Source: Betaproteobacteria bacterium
Lineage (GTDB): Bacteria; Pseudomonadota; Gammaproteobacteria; Burkholderiales; SG8-39
DNA length: 64,000 nt
Assembly (NCBI GenBank): GCA_005881575.1
Contig: VBCA01000006.1
Location: 15,954 to 79,953 of the forward strand
Direction of reading: 5' to 3'
Shown: positions 20,128 to 30,082 of the stretch, one piece after another
Layout: every line of letters begins with the position of its first letter
Numbering within the stretch: position 1 is the first letter of the stretch
Program-made: the position numbers and the translations under genes
Notes under the pieces: generated by a model
Databases searched by the model: none
What the model saw: only the letters and a program-made list of their open reading frames with translations
Told to the model about the DNA's origin: nothing

Positions 20128-21255
20128 ATGACCAAGCGCATGATCATCATGTTGGCGGCCGTCGGGGTGTTGTTCGGCGGGCTATTCGGTTTCAAGGCGT
20201 TCCTGGGAGGCGCAATACGCAAGAGCATCTCCGCGCAGGGAATTCCGCCTCAGACCGTCTCGACGGCCAAGGCGCAGTTCACCGAATGGCAGGGCGAGTT
20301 CCAGGCGGTCGGAACGCTTCGCGCGGTGCGCGGTGCCGACCTCGCGCCCGAGCTGCCGGGGCTCATTACCGCAATCCACTTCCAGTCCGGCCAGGAGGTC
20401 GCCGAAGGCGCGCCGCTGGTCCAGCTGAACAACGAATCCGACGTGGCGAAGCTGCAGTCGCTCATGGCTGCCGTCGAGCTCGCCGAGACGATCTATGATC
20501 GCGACCAGAAGCAGCTGGCGATCCAGGCGGTGAGCCAGGCCGTGGTCGACGCCGACGCCGCCACTCTGAAAAGCGCGAAGGCGCAGGTTGCCGAGCAGCG
20601 GGCGCTGGTCGCCAAGAAGCTGGTGCGCGCGCCCTTCGCCGGGAGGCTGGGTATCCGCGCGGTAGACGTCGGGCAATACGTCAATGCAGGGACAAAGCTG
20701 GTAACGCTCCAGGCGCTCGACCCTGTATACGTGGATTTCTTCGCGCCGCAAAAATCACTCGGCCGAATCGCGCTAGGGCAGAAAATCGTGCTGAGAACCG
20801 ACGCATTCCAAGGCCAGCAGTTTCCCGGGGAGGTAAGCTCGATCGACCCCAAGGTGGATCCGGCGACGCGCAACGTACAGGTGCGCGCGACGGTGCGCAA
20901 CGCGAAGCGCAGCCTGCTTCCCGGGATGTTCGCCACCGTGGTGATCGCTTCCGGAGGCCCCCAGCGTTTCCTCACGCTCCCGCAGACCGCGGTCTCCTAC
21001 AATCCCTTCGGCGACACCGTGTTCGTCGTGGAAGAGAGCAAGGGGAAGGACGACAAGGTCGCGCTCGTCGCGCAGCAGAAGTTCGTCACGACAGGCGAAG
21101 CGCGCGGCGACCAGGTCGCGATCCTCTCGGGCATCAAGGAGGGCGACACGGTGGTCACCGCCGGCCAGATCAAGCTGCGCTCGGGATTTCCGGTGATCGT
21201 CAACAACGCAATCCAGCCGACGAACGATGCGGCGCCAAAACCCAAGGACCAATAG
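20128..21255 (+). CDS. RND periplasmic adaptor subunit (MexV/MexH-like)
   Basis: N-terminal TM anchor. VRAPFAGRLG, IDPKVDPATRN, LLPGMFA, VVTAGQIKL. Confidence 0.92.
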   Translation: MTKRMIIMLAAVGVLFGGLFGFKAFLGGAIRKSISAQGIPPQTVSTAKAQFTEWQGEFQAVGTLRAVRGADLAPELPGLITAIHFQSGQEVAEGAPLVQLNNESDVAKLQSLMAAVELAETIYDRDQKQLAIQAVSQAVVDADAATLKSAKAQVAEQRALVAKKLVRAPFAGRLGIRAVDVGQYVNAGTKLVTLQALDPVYVDFFAPQKSLGRIALGQKIVLRTDAFQGQQFPGEVSSIDPKVDPATRNVQVRATVRNAKRSLLPGMFATVVIASGGPQRFLTLPQTAVSYNPFGDTVFVVEESKGKDDKVALVAQQKFVTTGEARGDQVAILSGIKEGDTVVTAGQIKLRSGFPVIVNNAIQPTNDAAPKPKDQ

Positions 21256-21264
21256 GGGGTCCGG

Positions 21265-24200
21265 ATGAGGAAATTCACCGACATTTTTATCGAGCGGCCG
21301 GTTCTCGCGACGGTGGTGAGCCTGACGCTGCTCGTTCTCGGCTTGCGCTCGATAGGGCTCCTTCCGGTGCTGCAGTACCCCCGAACGCAGAACGCGGTCG
21401 TCACCGTGAACACGACCTACTTCGGGGCCGACCCCTCGCTGGTCGCCGGATTCATCACCACGCCGTTGGAGAATTCCATCGCGCAGGCGAACGGCATCGA
21501 CTTCATGAGCTCCGCGAGCCGCCAGAGCGTGAGCACGATCACGGCCGCCTTGCGTCTCAACTACGACGTCGACAAGGCCCTCACCGAGATCAACACCAAG
21601 GTCAACGCCGTCCTGAACCAGCTGCCGCCGGGCTCGCAGCAACCGGTTCTCACGGTGAGGGTCGGCCAGACGTTCGCCGCCATGTACATCGGTTTCGCGA
21701 GCGACGTGATCGCGCCCAACAAGATCACCGACTACCTGACTCGCGTCGTTCAGCCCAAGCTGCAGGCGGTCGAGGGCGTGCAGACCGCCGAGATCCTGGG
21801 CGCGAAGCTTTTCGCGCTGCGCGCCTGGCTCGACCCGGACAAGCTTGCCGCCTATAACCTTACCGCGGCCGACGTGAGCGCGGCCCTTGCCGCCAACAAT
21901 TTCTTGTCGGCCGTCGGGGCGACCAAGGGCCAGATGGTCCAGGTGAATCTCACGGCATCGACCGACGTCCGCTCGGTCGAGCAGTTCAAGAACCTCGTCA
22001 TCAAGCAGCAGGGCGGAGCGGTTGTACGCTTGAGCGACGTCGCCAACGTGACGCTCGGCGCCGAGGACTACGATTCCGAAGTGGGCTTCGACGGCAAGAA
22101 GGCGGTCTACATCGGCATCAACGTCGCGCCCGCGGCGAACTTGCTCGACGTGATCGCAGGCGTGCGCAAGGTATGGCCTGATATCCACTCGCAGCTGCCC
22201 CACGGGCTGCAGGGCGAGATCGTCTACGACTCGACCAAGTTCGTGAACAGCGCGATCGAGGAGGTCGTCTGGACGCTCGCCGAGGCGCTCATCATCGTCA
22301 CGCTCGTCGTGTTCGCCTTTCTCGGGTCCGTGCGCTCGGTGCTGATTCCCACGGTGGCGATACCGCTTTCGCTGGTCGGCACGTTCACGATCATGTTCGC
22401 GCTCGGCTACTCGATCAACCTGCTGACGCTGCTCGCCCTGGTGCTCGCGATCGGCCTGGTGGTCGACGACGCCATCATCGTGGTCGAGAACGTCAACCGC
22501 CACCTGGAAGAGGGCATGAAGCCCGTGCAGGCGGCGATCCTCGCGGCGCGCGAGCTTGCCAATCCCATCATCGCGATGACGATCGTGCTGGTCGCCGTGT
22601 ACCTTCCGATCATCTTCCTGACCGGGCTCACCGGGGCGCTTTTCACCGAGTTCGCCGTCACCCTGGTGGGAGCGGTTACCGTATCCGCGGTGGTGGCGCT
22701 GACCCTGTCGCCCATGATGTGCGCAAAGCTCTTGAAGCCGCACGACCCCGCAGCGGGCGGCTGGGACGCCAGGCTCGTCGTACTGCTCGATCGCAGTTTC
22801 AACGCGCTGCACCGGCGCTACGAGAATTTTCTCCACGACACGCTCAACTGGGTGCCGGTGACCGCCGTGTTCTCGCTCATTGTCCTGAGCACTATCTATT
22901 TTCTATGGGCGACGGCGAAGGAGGAGCTCGCTCCTCCGGAAGACCAGGGCGTTCTAATCATGTCCGCGCAAGCCGCGCCGAATTCGACGCTGCAGCAGCG
23001 CCAGCTCTATTCGCGCGCGGTGTACGAGACTTTCGTGAAGCATCCCGAAACCGACCATGTGTTCCAGCTCGACATCCCGGGACAGACTCTCGCCGGGATG
23101 GTGCTCAAGCCCTGGAACGAACGCAAGGCGACCGCCGCGCGCCTGCTGCCCGGCGTCACGCAGGAGCTCGGACACATCGCGGGCCTGCGCGCGGCGCTGT
23201 TCCAACCCCCGCCGCTGCCCGGGGCCTTCGGGTTCCCGGTGCAGTTCGTCATCCAGACCACCGAGCCCTTCGAGAAGCTGAACGGCGTCGCCTCCGCGTT
23301 TGCGCAGGAAGCGCAAAAAAGCGGCATGTTCTTCTTCATCGACAACGATCTTCGCTACGACCTGCCGCAGTCGACCGTGGTGATCGACCGGGAGCTCGCC
23401 GCGCAGCTCGGTCTCACCATGAAGGATGTCGGCGGCGCCCTGTCCTCGCTCCTGGGGGGCGGCTACGTCAACTACTTCAGCTTCTACGACCGGGCGTACA
23501 AGGTGATTCCGCAGGTGCAGCAGACCGACCGCCTCAACGCCGATCAGCTGAACAGCACTTATATCCGCACCGCGAGCGGAGATTCGATCCCGCTTTCGAC
23601 GGTGGTGCACATCACGACCAAGACGATCCCGCAAGCGCTTAACCGATTCCAGCAGCAAAACGCGGCAACGATCTCCGGTGTGCCCTTCATCGGCGTGACC
23701 CAAGGCGACGCGATCGAGTATATGCAAAAGCTCGGGGCGCGCGCGCTGCCGCAGGGCTATTCGGTGGATTACGCCGGACCGTCGCGGCAGTACGTCCAGG
23801 AATCGAGCGCGCTGCTCTTCACGCTGGGGTTCGCCTGCATCATCATTTTTCTCGCGCTCGCGGCGCAATTCGAGAGCTTCCGCGATCCGATCATCATCCT
23901 GGTCTCGGTGCCGATGTCGATCTGCGGCGCGCTCATCTTCGTCAACCTTTTCGGTACGCTCGGGATCGGCGCGGTGAGCCTCAATATCTATACCAAAGTG
24001 GGGCTCGTGACGTTGATCGGACTCATCAGCAAGCACGGGATCCTGATAGTCGAGTTCGCAAACAACTTGCAGAGGCAAGGCATATCCAAGCGCGAGGCGG
24101 TCGAGAAAGCGGCCGGAATCCGGCTGCGCCCGATCCTGATGACCACGGGCGCGATGGTGCTCGGGGTCGTTCCGCTTCTCATCGCGAGCGGTGCGGGTGC

Positions 24201-24369
24201 GGTGAGTCGCTTCAACATGGGGTTGGTGATCGCGACGGGCGTCGCGATCGGGACGCTGTTCACGCTCTTCGTCGTTCCCGCGATGTACCTCCTGCTCGCG
24301 GCCGACCACTCGAAGCGGGCGACGGGCGAGGCGCTGCCCGCGCCGGGCGGGCACGCCGGAACGCGCTGA
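21265..24369 (+). CDS. RND efflux permease (MexW/MexI-like)
   Basis: 1034 aa. FIERPVLA, GLVVDDAIIVVEN, GLISKHGILIVEFA, RLRPILMTT. Confidence 0.95.
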   Translation: MRKFTDIFIERPVLATVVSLTLLVLGLRSIGLLPVLQYPRTQNAVVTVNTTYFGADPSLVAGFITTPLENSIAQANGIDFMSSASRQSVSTITAALRLNYDVDKALTEINTKVNAVLNQLPPGSQQPVLTVRVGQTFAAMYIGFASDVIAPNKITDYLTRVVQPKLQAVEGVQTAEILGAKLFALRAWLDPDKLAAYNLTAADVSAALAANNFLSAVGATKGQMVQVNLTASTDVRSVEQFKNLVIKQQGGAVVRLSDVANVTLGAEDYDSEVGFDGKKAVYIGINVAPAANLLDVIAGVRKVWPDIHSQLPHGLQGEIVYDSTKFVNSAIEEVVWTLAEALIIVTLVVFAFLGSVRSVLIPTVAIPLSLVGTFTIMFALGYSINLLTLLALVLAIGLVVDDAIIVVENVNRHLEEGMKPVQAAILAARELANPIIAMTIVLVAVYLPIIFLTGLTGALFTEFAVTLVGAVTVSAVVALTLSPMMCAKLLKPHDPAAGGWDARLVVLLDRSFNALHRRYENFLHDTLNWVPVTAVFSLIVLSTIYFLWATAKEELAPPEDQGVLIMSAQAAPNSTLQQRQLYSRAVYETFVKHPETDHVFQLDIPGQTLAGMVLKPWNERKATAARLLPGVTQELGHIAGLRAALFQPPPLPGAFGFPVQFVIQTTEPFEKLNGVASAFAQEAQKSGMFFFIDNDLRYDLPQSTVVIDRELAAQLGLTMKDVGGALSSLLGGGYVNYFSFYDRAYKVIPQVQQTDRLNADQLNSTYIRTASGDSIPLSTVVHITTKTIPQALNRFQQQNAATISGVPFIGVTQGDAIEYMQKLGARALPQGYSVDYAGPSRQYVQESSALLFTLGFACIIIFLALAAQFESFRDPIIILVSVPMSICGALIFVNLFGTLGIGAVSLNIYTKVGLVTLIGLISKHGILIVEFANNLQRQGISKREAVEKAAGIRLRPILMTTGAMVLGVVPLLIASGAGAVSRFNMGLVIATGVAIGTLFTLFVVPAMYLLLAADHSKRATGEALPAPGGHAGTR

Positions 24370-24384
24370 GCTCTGCCGGGCCCG

Positions 24385-25593
24385 ATGACGGCGCGGGTCT
24401 GCATCGTCGGGGCGGGCCCGGTCGGCGTCGTCGCCGCAATCGCCTGCGCCCGCAAGGGGATGCGGGTCACGCTCTTCGAGGCCGAGCGGCAAATCGACCG
24501 CAGCCCGCGCGCAGCCACCACGCATCCGTCCACGCTCGAGATGCTCGCCGAGCTCGGGCTCCTCGAAGAGTTCCAGTCGTTGGGCCTTGTCGCGCGTTAC
24601 TTTCAGTTCTGGGACGGCGCGACGAAGACGCTCGTCGCGGAGTTCGATCACGAGGTGCTGCGCGGCGAGACACCTTACCCCTATGTAGTGCAGACCGAGC
24701 AGCACAAGCTATCTGAGATCGGCCTGCGGCGCCTCTCGGCCATATCGAACGCGGAGGTGCGGCTCGGAACGAGCGTCACGGGCGTTGCACAGGAAGCGGG
24801 CAGCGTGCGCGTAACGGTGGCGGGATCGGGCGGAGAAGAGCAACACGCATTCGATTACGTCATCGGATGCGACGGCGGGCGCAGCACCGTGCGCAAATCC
24901 CTGAACATCGATTTCGAGGGCTACACCTGGCCCGAGCGGTTCCTGGTGCTCACCACGCTGTTCGATTTCCAGAGTGCTCTGGGTTGCTGCTCGCGCAGCT
25001 ACATCTCCGATCCCGAGGAATGGACCAATCTCTTCAAGGTCACGGGCGACGACCTGAAGGGGCGCTGGCGCGCCGTGTTTCCCGCCCGGGAGAACGAGAC
25101 GGACGACGAGGCCTTCTCTGAGGGCTCGGTGCGGCGGCGGCTGCGAAAGCTCTGCGAGGAGCACCCGATGGAGCTCGTCGCGCACCGGAACATCTACCGG
25201 GTGCACCAGCGCGTGGCGCAATCGTTCCGCAAGGGGCGGGTGTTCCTCGCGGGCGACGCAGCGCACGTCAACAATCCGGTCGGAGGCCTCGGCCTTAACT
25301 GCGGCATCCACGACGCGATGGAGCTCGCCGAAACGCTGGACAGCGTCGCGAGCGGGAAGGCGGGCGAGGAATTGCTCGATCGCTACGAGCGGCGCAGGCG
25401 GCCGATCAACATCGAGTTCGTGCAGCAGCAGACCGTCGCGAACAAGAAAAGGCTGGAGGAGCGCGACCCGCGGCTGCGGCAAGCCCATTTCGACGAGCTG
25501 CGGCGCACCGTCGCCGCGCCCGCGCAGCACAAGCGGTTCCTGATGCGGACCTCGCTCATCGAGAGCGTGCGCCGGGCGCTGGAAATCGACTGA
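24385..25593 (+). CDS. FAD-dependent monooxygenase (PheA/TfdB-like)
   Basis: GAGPVG, GCDGGRS, FLAGDAAHVNNPVGGLGLNCGIHDA. Confidence 0.88.
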   Translation: MTARVCIVGAGPVGVVAAIACARKGMRVTLFEAERQIDRSPRAATTHPSTLEMLAELGLLEEFQSLGLVARYFQFWDGATKTLVAEFDHEVLRGETPYPYVVQTEQHKLSEIGLRRLSAISNAEVRLGTSVTGVAQEAGSVRVTVAGSGGEEQHAFDYVIGCDGGRSTVRKSLNIDFEGYTWPERFLVLTTLFDFQSALGCCSRSYISDPEEWTNLFKVTGDDLKGRWRAVFPARENETDDEAFSEGSVRRRLRKLCEEHPMELVAHRNIYRVHQRVAQSFRKGRVFLAGDAAHVNNPVGGLGLNCGIHDAMELAETLDSVASGKAGEELLDRYERRRRPINIEFVQQQTVANKKRLEERDPRLRQAHFDELRRTVAAPAQHKRFLMRTSLIESVRRALEID

Positions 25594-25602
25594 ACCGCGG
25601 GT

Positions 25603-26250
25603 CTATCGTCTTCGCGGCGGCCGATGCTCGAGAAGGGCGCCGGCCTTGCGCTCCAAGGCATCGCGCAGGCGCAGCGCCCGCGCCTGCCTCTTGGTCACCA
25701 GCCGAAAATGGCGTATCTCATCGACCGCTTCGCCGACCTCCCAGCAGTTTTTTCGGCCGGTGACCCATAGCTTCGGATCGAACCCGCGCAGATCGAAGGG
25801 ACGGGAGTAGGTGCGCAGCGTCTTCTGGTTGCGATCGTTCGCGTACTCGTGCAGATAGGACATCGCCAGCTCGCGCAGTGTTCGATAGACCGGGTCGCGC
25901 CAGCGCAGCAAGGGCGGATTGGTCTTCGAGATTGCGCCCCAGCAGCTCCCGCGCCGGAATAGCGCCACCACGTGGTCGTAGTCGCGCTCGGCTTGGAGAT
26001 CCATGAGCAGCGGCGGCTCGCCATGCACCCACAGGGCGCACGCGGCGAGCATTGCGCCTTCGATGCAGTGAGCCCGGCGCTGGCGCAGGACTTCACGCAC
26101 CGGCAGGCAGGTCTGGCCGCCGATTTCGAAATTGGCGGGCAGCGCGTCGAGAAAACCCTGGATTTTCGCCGGAGTGGACAGCCGAGCGAGAACCGAGAAC
26201 TCGGCACGGGTAAGGCCCAGGTCTTCTTGGCGGGCAAGACGCGCTCTCAA
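25603..26250 (-). CDS. Conserved hypothetical protein, possible transglutaminase-like fold
   Basis: IQGFLDALP, AHCIEGAMLAA, DYDHVVALF, WGAISKTN, RDPVYRTLRELAMSY. Start codon uncertain. Confidence 0.65.
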   Translation of the reverse strand: MRARLARQEDLGLTRAEFSVLARLSTPAKIQGFLDALPANFEIGGQTCLPVREVLRQRRAHCIEGAMLAACALWVHGEPPLLMDLQAERDYDHVVALFRRGSCWGAISKTNPPLLRWRDPVYRTLRELAMSYLHEYANDRNQKTLRTYSRPFDLRGFDPKLWVTGRKNCWEVGEAVDEIRHFRLVTKRQARALRLRDALERKAGALLEHRPPRRR

Positions 26251-26319
26251 TTCTCGGCTCCCTGAAAACGGCGGACATGGGGTGCTGCTTCGGGCATTCT
26301 AATGCTAGGCTCTGCCTCC

Positions 26320-26817
26320 ATGATCAGACTCTTGCTTACCCGGCGGATCGGAAACCTCGTCGGATTTCTCGTCTGCGCCGGGATGCTCGCCTTCGGCTAT
26401 TACCTGCAGTTCGTCGTCGCGCTCGAGCCGTGCCCCCTGTGCATCATCCAGCGGCTGCTGCTCTTTGCGGTCGGCGTCGCGTTTCTGATTGCCGCCCTCC
26501 ATCACCCCGCAGGCAGGCTCGGGGCAGGGCTCTACGGCGGGGTCATCGCTTTCATCGCGGCGATCGGTGTCGCGGTCGCGGGACGGCACGTGTGGCTGCA
26601 GCACCTACCGCCGGAGAAACAGCCCGCCTGCGGTCCCGCGCTCGATTATCTGCTCTCGGCCTTCGGGCCGATCGAAGGACTGAGCCGCGTCTTGCGCGGC
26701 TCGGGCGAGTGCGGCGCGGTCGACTGGACGCTGCTCTCATTCAGCATTCCGGAGTGGACGCTCGCCGCGTTCGTGGCGTTCGCGATCTGGGCGGTTTTTC
26801 TCGCGCGACGAGCCTGA
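26320..26817 (+). CDS. dsbB: Disulfide bond formation protein B
   Basis: LEPCPLCIIQR, RHVWLQ, second Cys pair PACGP...GSGECG, SIPEW. Confidence 0.93.
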   Translation: MIRLLLTRRIGNLVGFLVCAGMLAFGYYLQFVVALEPCPLCIIQRLLLFAVGVAFLIAALHHPAGRLGAGLYGGVIAFIAAIGVAVAGRHVWLQHLPPEKQPACGPALDYLLSAFGPIEGLSRVLRGSGECGAVDWTLLSFSIPEWTLAAFVAFAIWAVFLARRA

Positions 26818-26823
26818 ACGCGA

Positions 26824-27093
26824 TCACTCCGACTTTTCGCGGTAGGGATTTTCGATCTGCTGCACCAGCCTGCCGAGGATCTGCTTGAACTGGCGCTCGT
26901 CGCATCCCATCAGTACCGCGTCCTCGAGCGCATCCTGGCAGATCCGCTGGATCTCCTCCAGATTCTCCCGGAGCACTTTCAGTTTTTCGATGCAAGACAC
27001 GACCTCGCCGGTAGGCGAGCGCCAGACGGTGTCGGGGATGGGCGGTCGGCTCATGATTCGATCTGACATCTCGAGCGTGGAGGGTGCATTCAA
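26824..27093 (-). CDS. Small conserved hypothetical protein
   Basis: WRSPTGEVVSCIEKLKVLRENLEEI..QDALEDAVLMGCDE..Q..L..NPY, helical. Start uncertain (27093, 27069 or 27054). Confidence 0.6.
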   Translation of the reverse strand: MNAPSTLEMSDRIMSRPPIPDTVWRSPTGEVVSCIEKLKVLRENLEEIQRICQDALEDAVLMGCDERQFKQILGRLVQQIENPYREKSE

Positions 27094-27848
27094 GCCCGCT
27101 TGATGATCGCCTCGATCTTCTCGGTGAGGACCGGCTCCGCACGCGCCGCCCTCAGCACTTCGCCGAGAAGCACCACCGCAGGGCCACCGCCGGCCCCAAG
27201 GGCGAGTGCAGGCAGCTCTGCCAGAGTACCGTAGAGCACGCGTCGCTCCGGGAGCGTTGCGCTTTCCACCAGAACGAGCGGCGTGGCCTTCGGCTTACCG
27301 CGCGCTATCAATTCCGCGCCGATTTCCTCGGCGAGCTCCGCGCCCATGTAGATGACTGCGGTGTCGGCTGTGAGCACGCCCGCCGCCCAATCGTTCTCGC
27401 GCTCGCCCCTGCCCGCGCGGGGCGTGACGAAGACGACGTGGCGGGCAAGGCCGCGGCGGGTGAGCGATACGCCGAGCTCGGCGCTCGCGGCGGTCGCGGC
27501 GGTCACTCCGGGGACGATTTCAAATTCGATTCCGGCTTTGCGCAGCGCGTCGATTTCCTCCTGCGCGCGGCCGAAAAGCATGGGGTCGCCTCCCTTCAGT
27601 CGCACCACGACTGCGTGCTTGCCGGCGGCGTCGACCAGCCGCTTGTTTATGAAGCTTTGAACGGTCGAATGGCGACCGCTGCGCTTGCCGACGAGAATTT
27701 TCCGGGCGCGCGCGGCGAGCGCGAGCGTCTGCGGATGCACCAGCGCATCGTGAAAGACGAACTCGGCGCGCTTGAGAATTTCCGCAGCGCGCAGCGTGAG
27801 CAGGTCCGGTGCGCCGGGGCCGGCGCCGACTAGATACACTTTACCCAT
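27090..27848 (-). CDS. cobA: Uroporphyrinogen-III C-methyltransferase
   Basis: VYLVGAGPGAPDLLTLRA, VVRLKGGDPMLFGR, VPGVTA. Confidence 0.93.
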   Translation of the reverse strand: MGKVYLVGAGPGAPDLLTLRAAEILKRAEFVFHDALVHPQTLALAARARKILVGKRSGRHSTVQSFINKRLVDAAGKHAVVVRLKGGDPMLFGRAQEEIDALRKAGIEFEIVPGVTAATAASAELGVSLTRRGLARHVVFVTPRAGRGERENDWAAGVLTADTAVIYMGAELAEEIGAELIARGKPKATPLVLVESATLPERRVLYGTLAELPALALGAGGGPAVVLLGEVLRAARAEPVLTEKIEAIIKRA

Positions 27849-29139
27849 CGATCATCCCCGCGGCCACGGTCTGGTTGGACACTTCGTCGATCAGGATAAA
27901 GCAGCCGGTGGCGCGGTTCAATTCGTAAGAATCGACGAAGAGCGGCTGGGCGAGCGCGAGGGTCACGTGCGCGATATCGTTCATCGCGAGCCCGGCGGGC
28001 GCCGCTTGCTGCTCGAGGGTGTTGACGTCGATGCGGGAGTTGAGCGAAACAAGTCTTGCCTTCACGCTGCGCGTGGTGTGCTTGAGCACAAAGCGGGCCG
28101 CTGGCAGAGCCCCTGCAGCCAGGAGTTGGGTGGAGAGCCAGCAAATGCGCGCCTCGATGGCCTTGGTCGTTCGCGCTGGTCGTTTTGGGTCGGCGAGCAT
28201 GTCGCCGCGCGACACGTCGATCTCATCGGCGAGAACCACCGTAACAGAGTCTCCGGCAACCGCGAGCGGCAGGGATTTACCGAGCGAGACGATGTCCCGG
28301 ACGACGGTGCGCTGGCCCGAAGGCAGGGCGACAAGCTCCGTCCCGGGAAGCAGCGTTCCGGACTCGATGCGGCCGGCGTAGCCGCGGAAGTCTGTGCCCG
28401 TGCCAGGACGCACAACCAGCTGCACCGGAAAGCGCAGCGGCAACATGCCGGCCTCGTCGGCGACCTCGATTTGCTCAAGTGCGGCGAGCAAGGCCGGGCC
28501 GCGATACCAGGCCATTGCCTCGCCACGTTCGACGACGAGGTCGCCGCGCAGCGCGGAAATCGGAATAAAGCACAGATCGGCTATGCCAAGCGCGGAGGCG
28601 AACGCCAGGAATTCCTTGCGGATGCGCTCGAACACCGCCTCGTCGTGATTGACGAGATCCATCTTGTTCACCGCCACGATGACGTGGCGCACGCCGAGCA
28701 GGTGCGCGATGGCGGCGTGGCGCCGAGTCTGCGTCAGTACGCCCTTGCGCGCGTCGATGAGGATCACAGCCGCGTCCGCGATGGAGGCGCCGGTCACCAT
28801 GTTGCGGGTGTATTGTTCGTGGCCGGGTGTGTCGGCGATGATGAACTTGCGCCGCGGCGTGGCGAAATAGCGGTACGCGACGTCGATGGTGATGCCTTGC
28901 TCGCGCTCCGCTTCCAGTCCGTCGGTGAGGAGCGACAGGTCGATGTCCTCCTGTCCGCGCTTGCTGGACGCACGCGCCACCGCTGCGAGCTGGTCTTGCA
29001 AGATCGCGCGCGTGTCGTGCAGCAGCCGCCCGATCAGCGTGCTCTTGCCGTCGTCCACGCTGCCTGCGGTGATAAAGCGCAGCACGCCCAGGTCCCCGAC
29101 CGCCGGCGCATTGCGCTCGATTTCGCCCAGCAAGCTCAT
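27841..29139 (-). CDS. cysN: Sulfate adenylyltransferase subunit 1 (GTPase), no CysC fusion
   Basis: GSVDDGKSTLIGRLL, EREQGITIDVAY, DTPGHEQY, NKMD. Confidence 0.95.
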   Translation of the reverse strand: MSLLGEIERNAPAVGDLGVLRFITAGSVDDGKSTLIGRLLHDTRAILQDQLAAVARASSKRGQEDIDLSLLTDGLEAEREQGITIDVAYRYFATPRRKFIIADTPGHEQYTRNMVTGASIADAAVILIDARKGVLTQTRRHAAIAHLLGVRHVIVAVNKMDLVNHDEAVFERIRKEFLAFASALGIADLCFIPISALRGDLVVERGEAMAWYRGPALLAALEQIEVADEAGMLPLRFPVQLVVRPGTGTDFRGYAGRIESGTLLPGTELVALPSGQRTVVRDIVSLGKSLPLAVAGDSVTVVLADEIDVSRGDMLADPKRPARTTKAIEARICWLSTQLLAAGALPAARFVLKHTTRSVKARLVSLNSRIDVNTLEQQAAPAGLAMNDIAHVTLALAQPLFVDSYELNRATGCFILIDEVSNQTVAAGMIDG

Positions 29140-29140
29140 G

Positions 29141-30082
29141 TCAGAAGTACCCTTCCTTCTTGCGCCGCTCCATGGACGCTTCGGAAGTCTGGTCGTCCAT
29201 ACGCGTCGCGCCGCGTTCGGTGACGGTGGTCAGCACAGTCTCGGCGATGACCTCGGCGGCAGTCGCCGCGACGGATTCGACCGGGCAGGTGCAGCTGATG
29301 TCCCCCACGGTGCGGAAGCGGACCGACAACTCTTCGACCGTCTCGCCGGCACGCGGCGGCGTGATCTCCGTCACTGGAACGAGCAGGCCGTTGCGGCGCA
29401 CTACCGGCCTGCGGTGCGCGTAGTAGATGGACGGCACTTCCAGCCGCTCGCGTGAGAGGTATTGCCAGACGTCGAGCTCGGTCCAGTTACTGATGGGGAA
29501 GACGCGCATGTGCTCGCCCTTCGCCACGCGGGTGTTGTAGAGGCTCCACAGTTCCGGCCGCTGGTTCTTCGGGTCCCACTGGCCGAACTCGTCGCGGAAC
29601 GAGAAGACGCGCTCCTTGGCGCGCGCCTTTTCCTCGTCGCGGCGCGCTCCCCCGATGGCGGCGTCGAAACCGAATTCCGCAATCGCTTCCAGAAGCGTCA
29701 CCGACTGCGCGGCGTTCCTGCTTTCATCGAAGCGGCGCAGTTTGACCGTGCCGCGGCGGATCGAATCCTCGACTGAGCGCACGATGAGCCGCTCGCCCAG
29801 CTCCGCCGCTCGCGCGTCGCGGAAGGCGATCACCTCCGGGAAATTGTGCCCGGTATCGACGTGCATGAGGGGAAACGGAAACTTCGCGGGACGGAAAGCC
29901 TTCTCGGCCAGGCGCAGCAACACGATCGAATCCTTGCCGCCGGAGAAGAACAGCACCGGGTTCGCGCATTCGCCGGCGACCTCGCGCAGGATGAAAATCG
30001 CCTCGGACTCGAGCCAATCGAGGTGGCTGCGCGAAGGCAGCGTACCGTGTTCCGGCCGCGGTTTTTCCAAGACTGCGCTCAT
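29141..30082 (-). CDS. cysD: Sulfate adenylyltransferase subunit 2
   Basis: LESEAIFILRE, FSGGKDS, GGARRDEEKARAKER, RFRTVGD, MERRKKEGYF. Confidence 0.95.
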   Translation of the reverse strand: MSAVLEKPRPEHGTLPSRSHLDWLESEAIFILREVAGECANPVLFFSGGKDSIVLLRLAEKAFRPAKFPFPLMHVDTGHNFPEVIAFRDARAAELGERLIVRSVEDSIRRGTVKLRRFDESRNAAQSVTLLEAIAEFGFDAAIGGARRDEEKARAKERVFSFRDEFGQWDPKNQRPELWSLYNTRVAKGEHMRVFPISNWTELDVWQYLSRERLEVPSIYYAHRRPVVRRNGLLVPVTEITPPRAGETVEELSVRFRTVGDISCTCPVESVAATAAEVIAETVLTTVTERGATRMDDQTSEASMERRKKEGYF

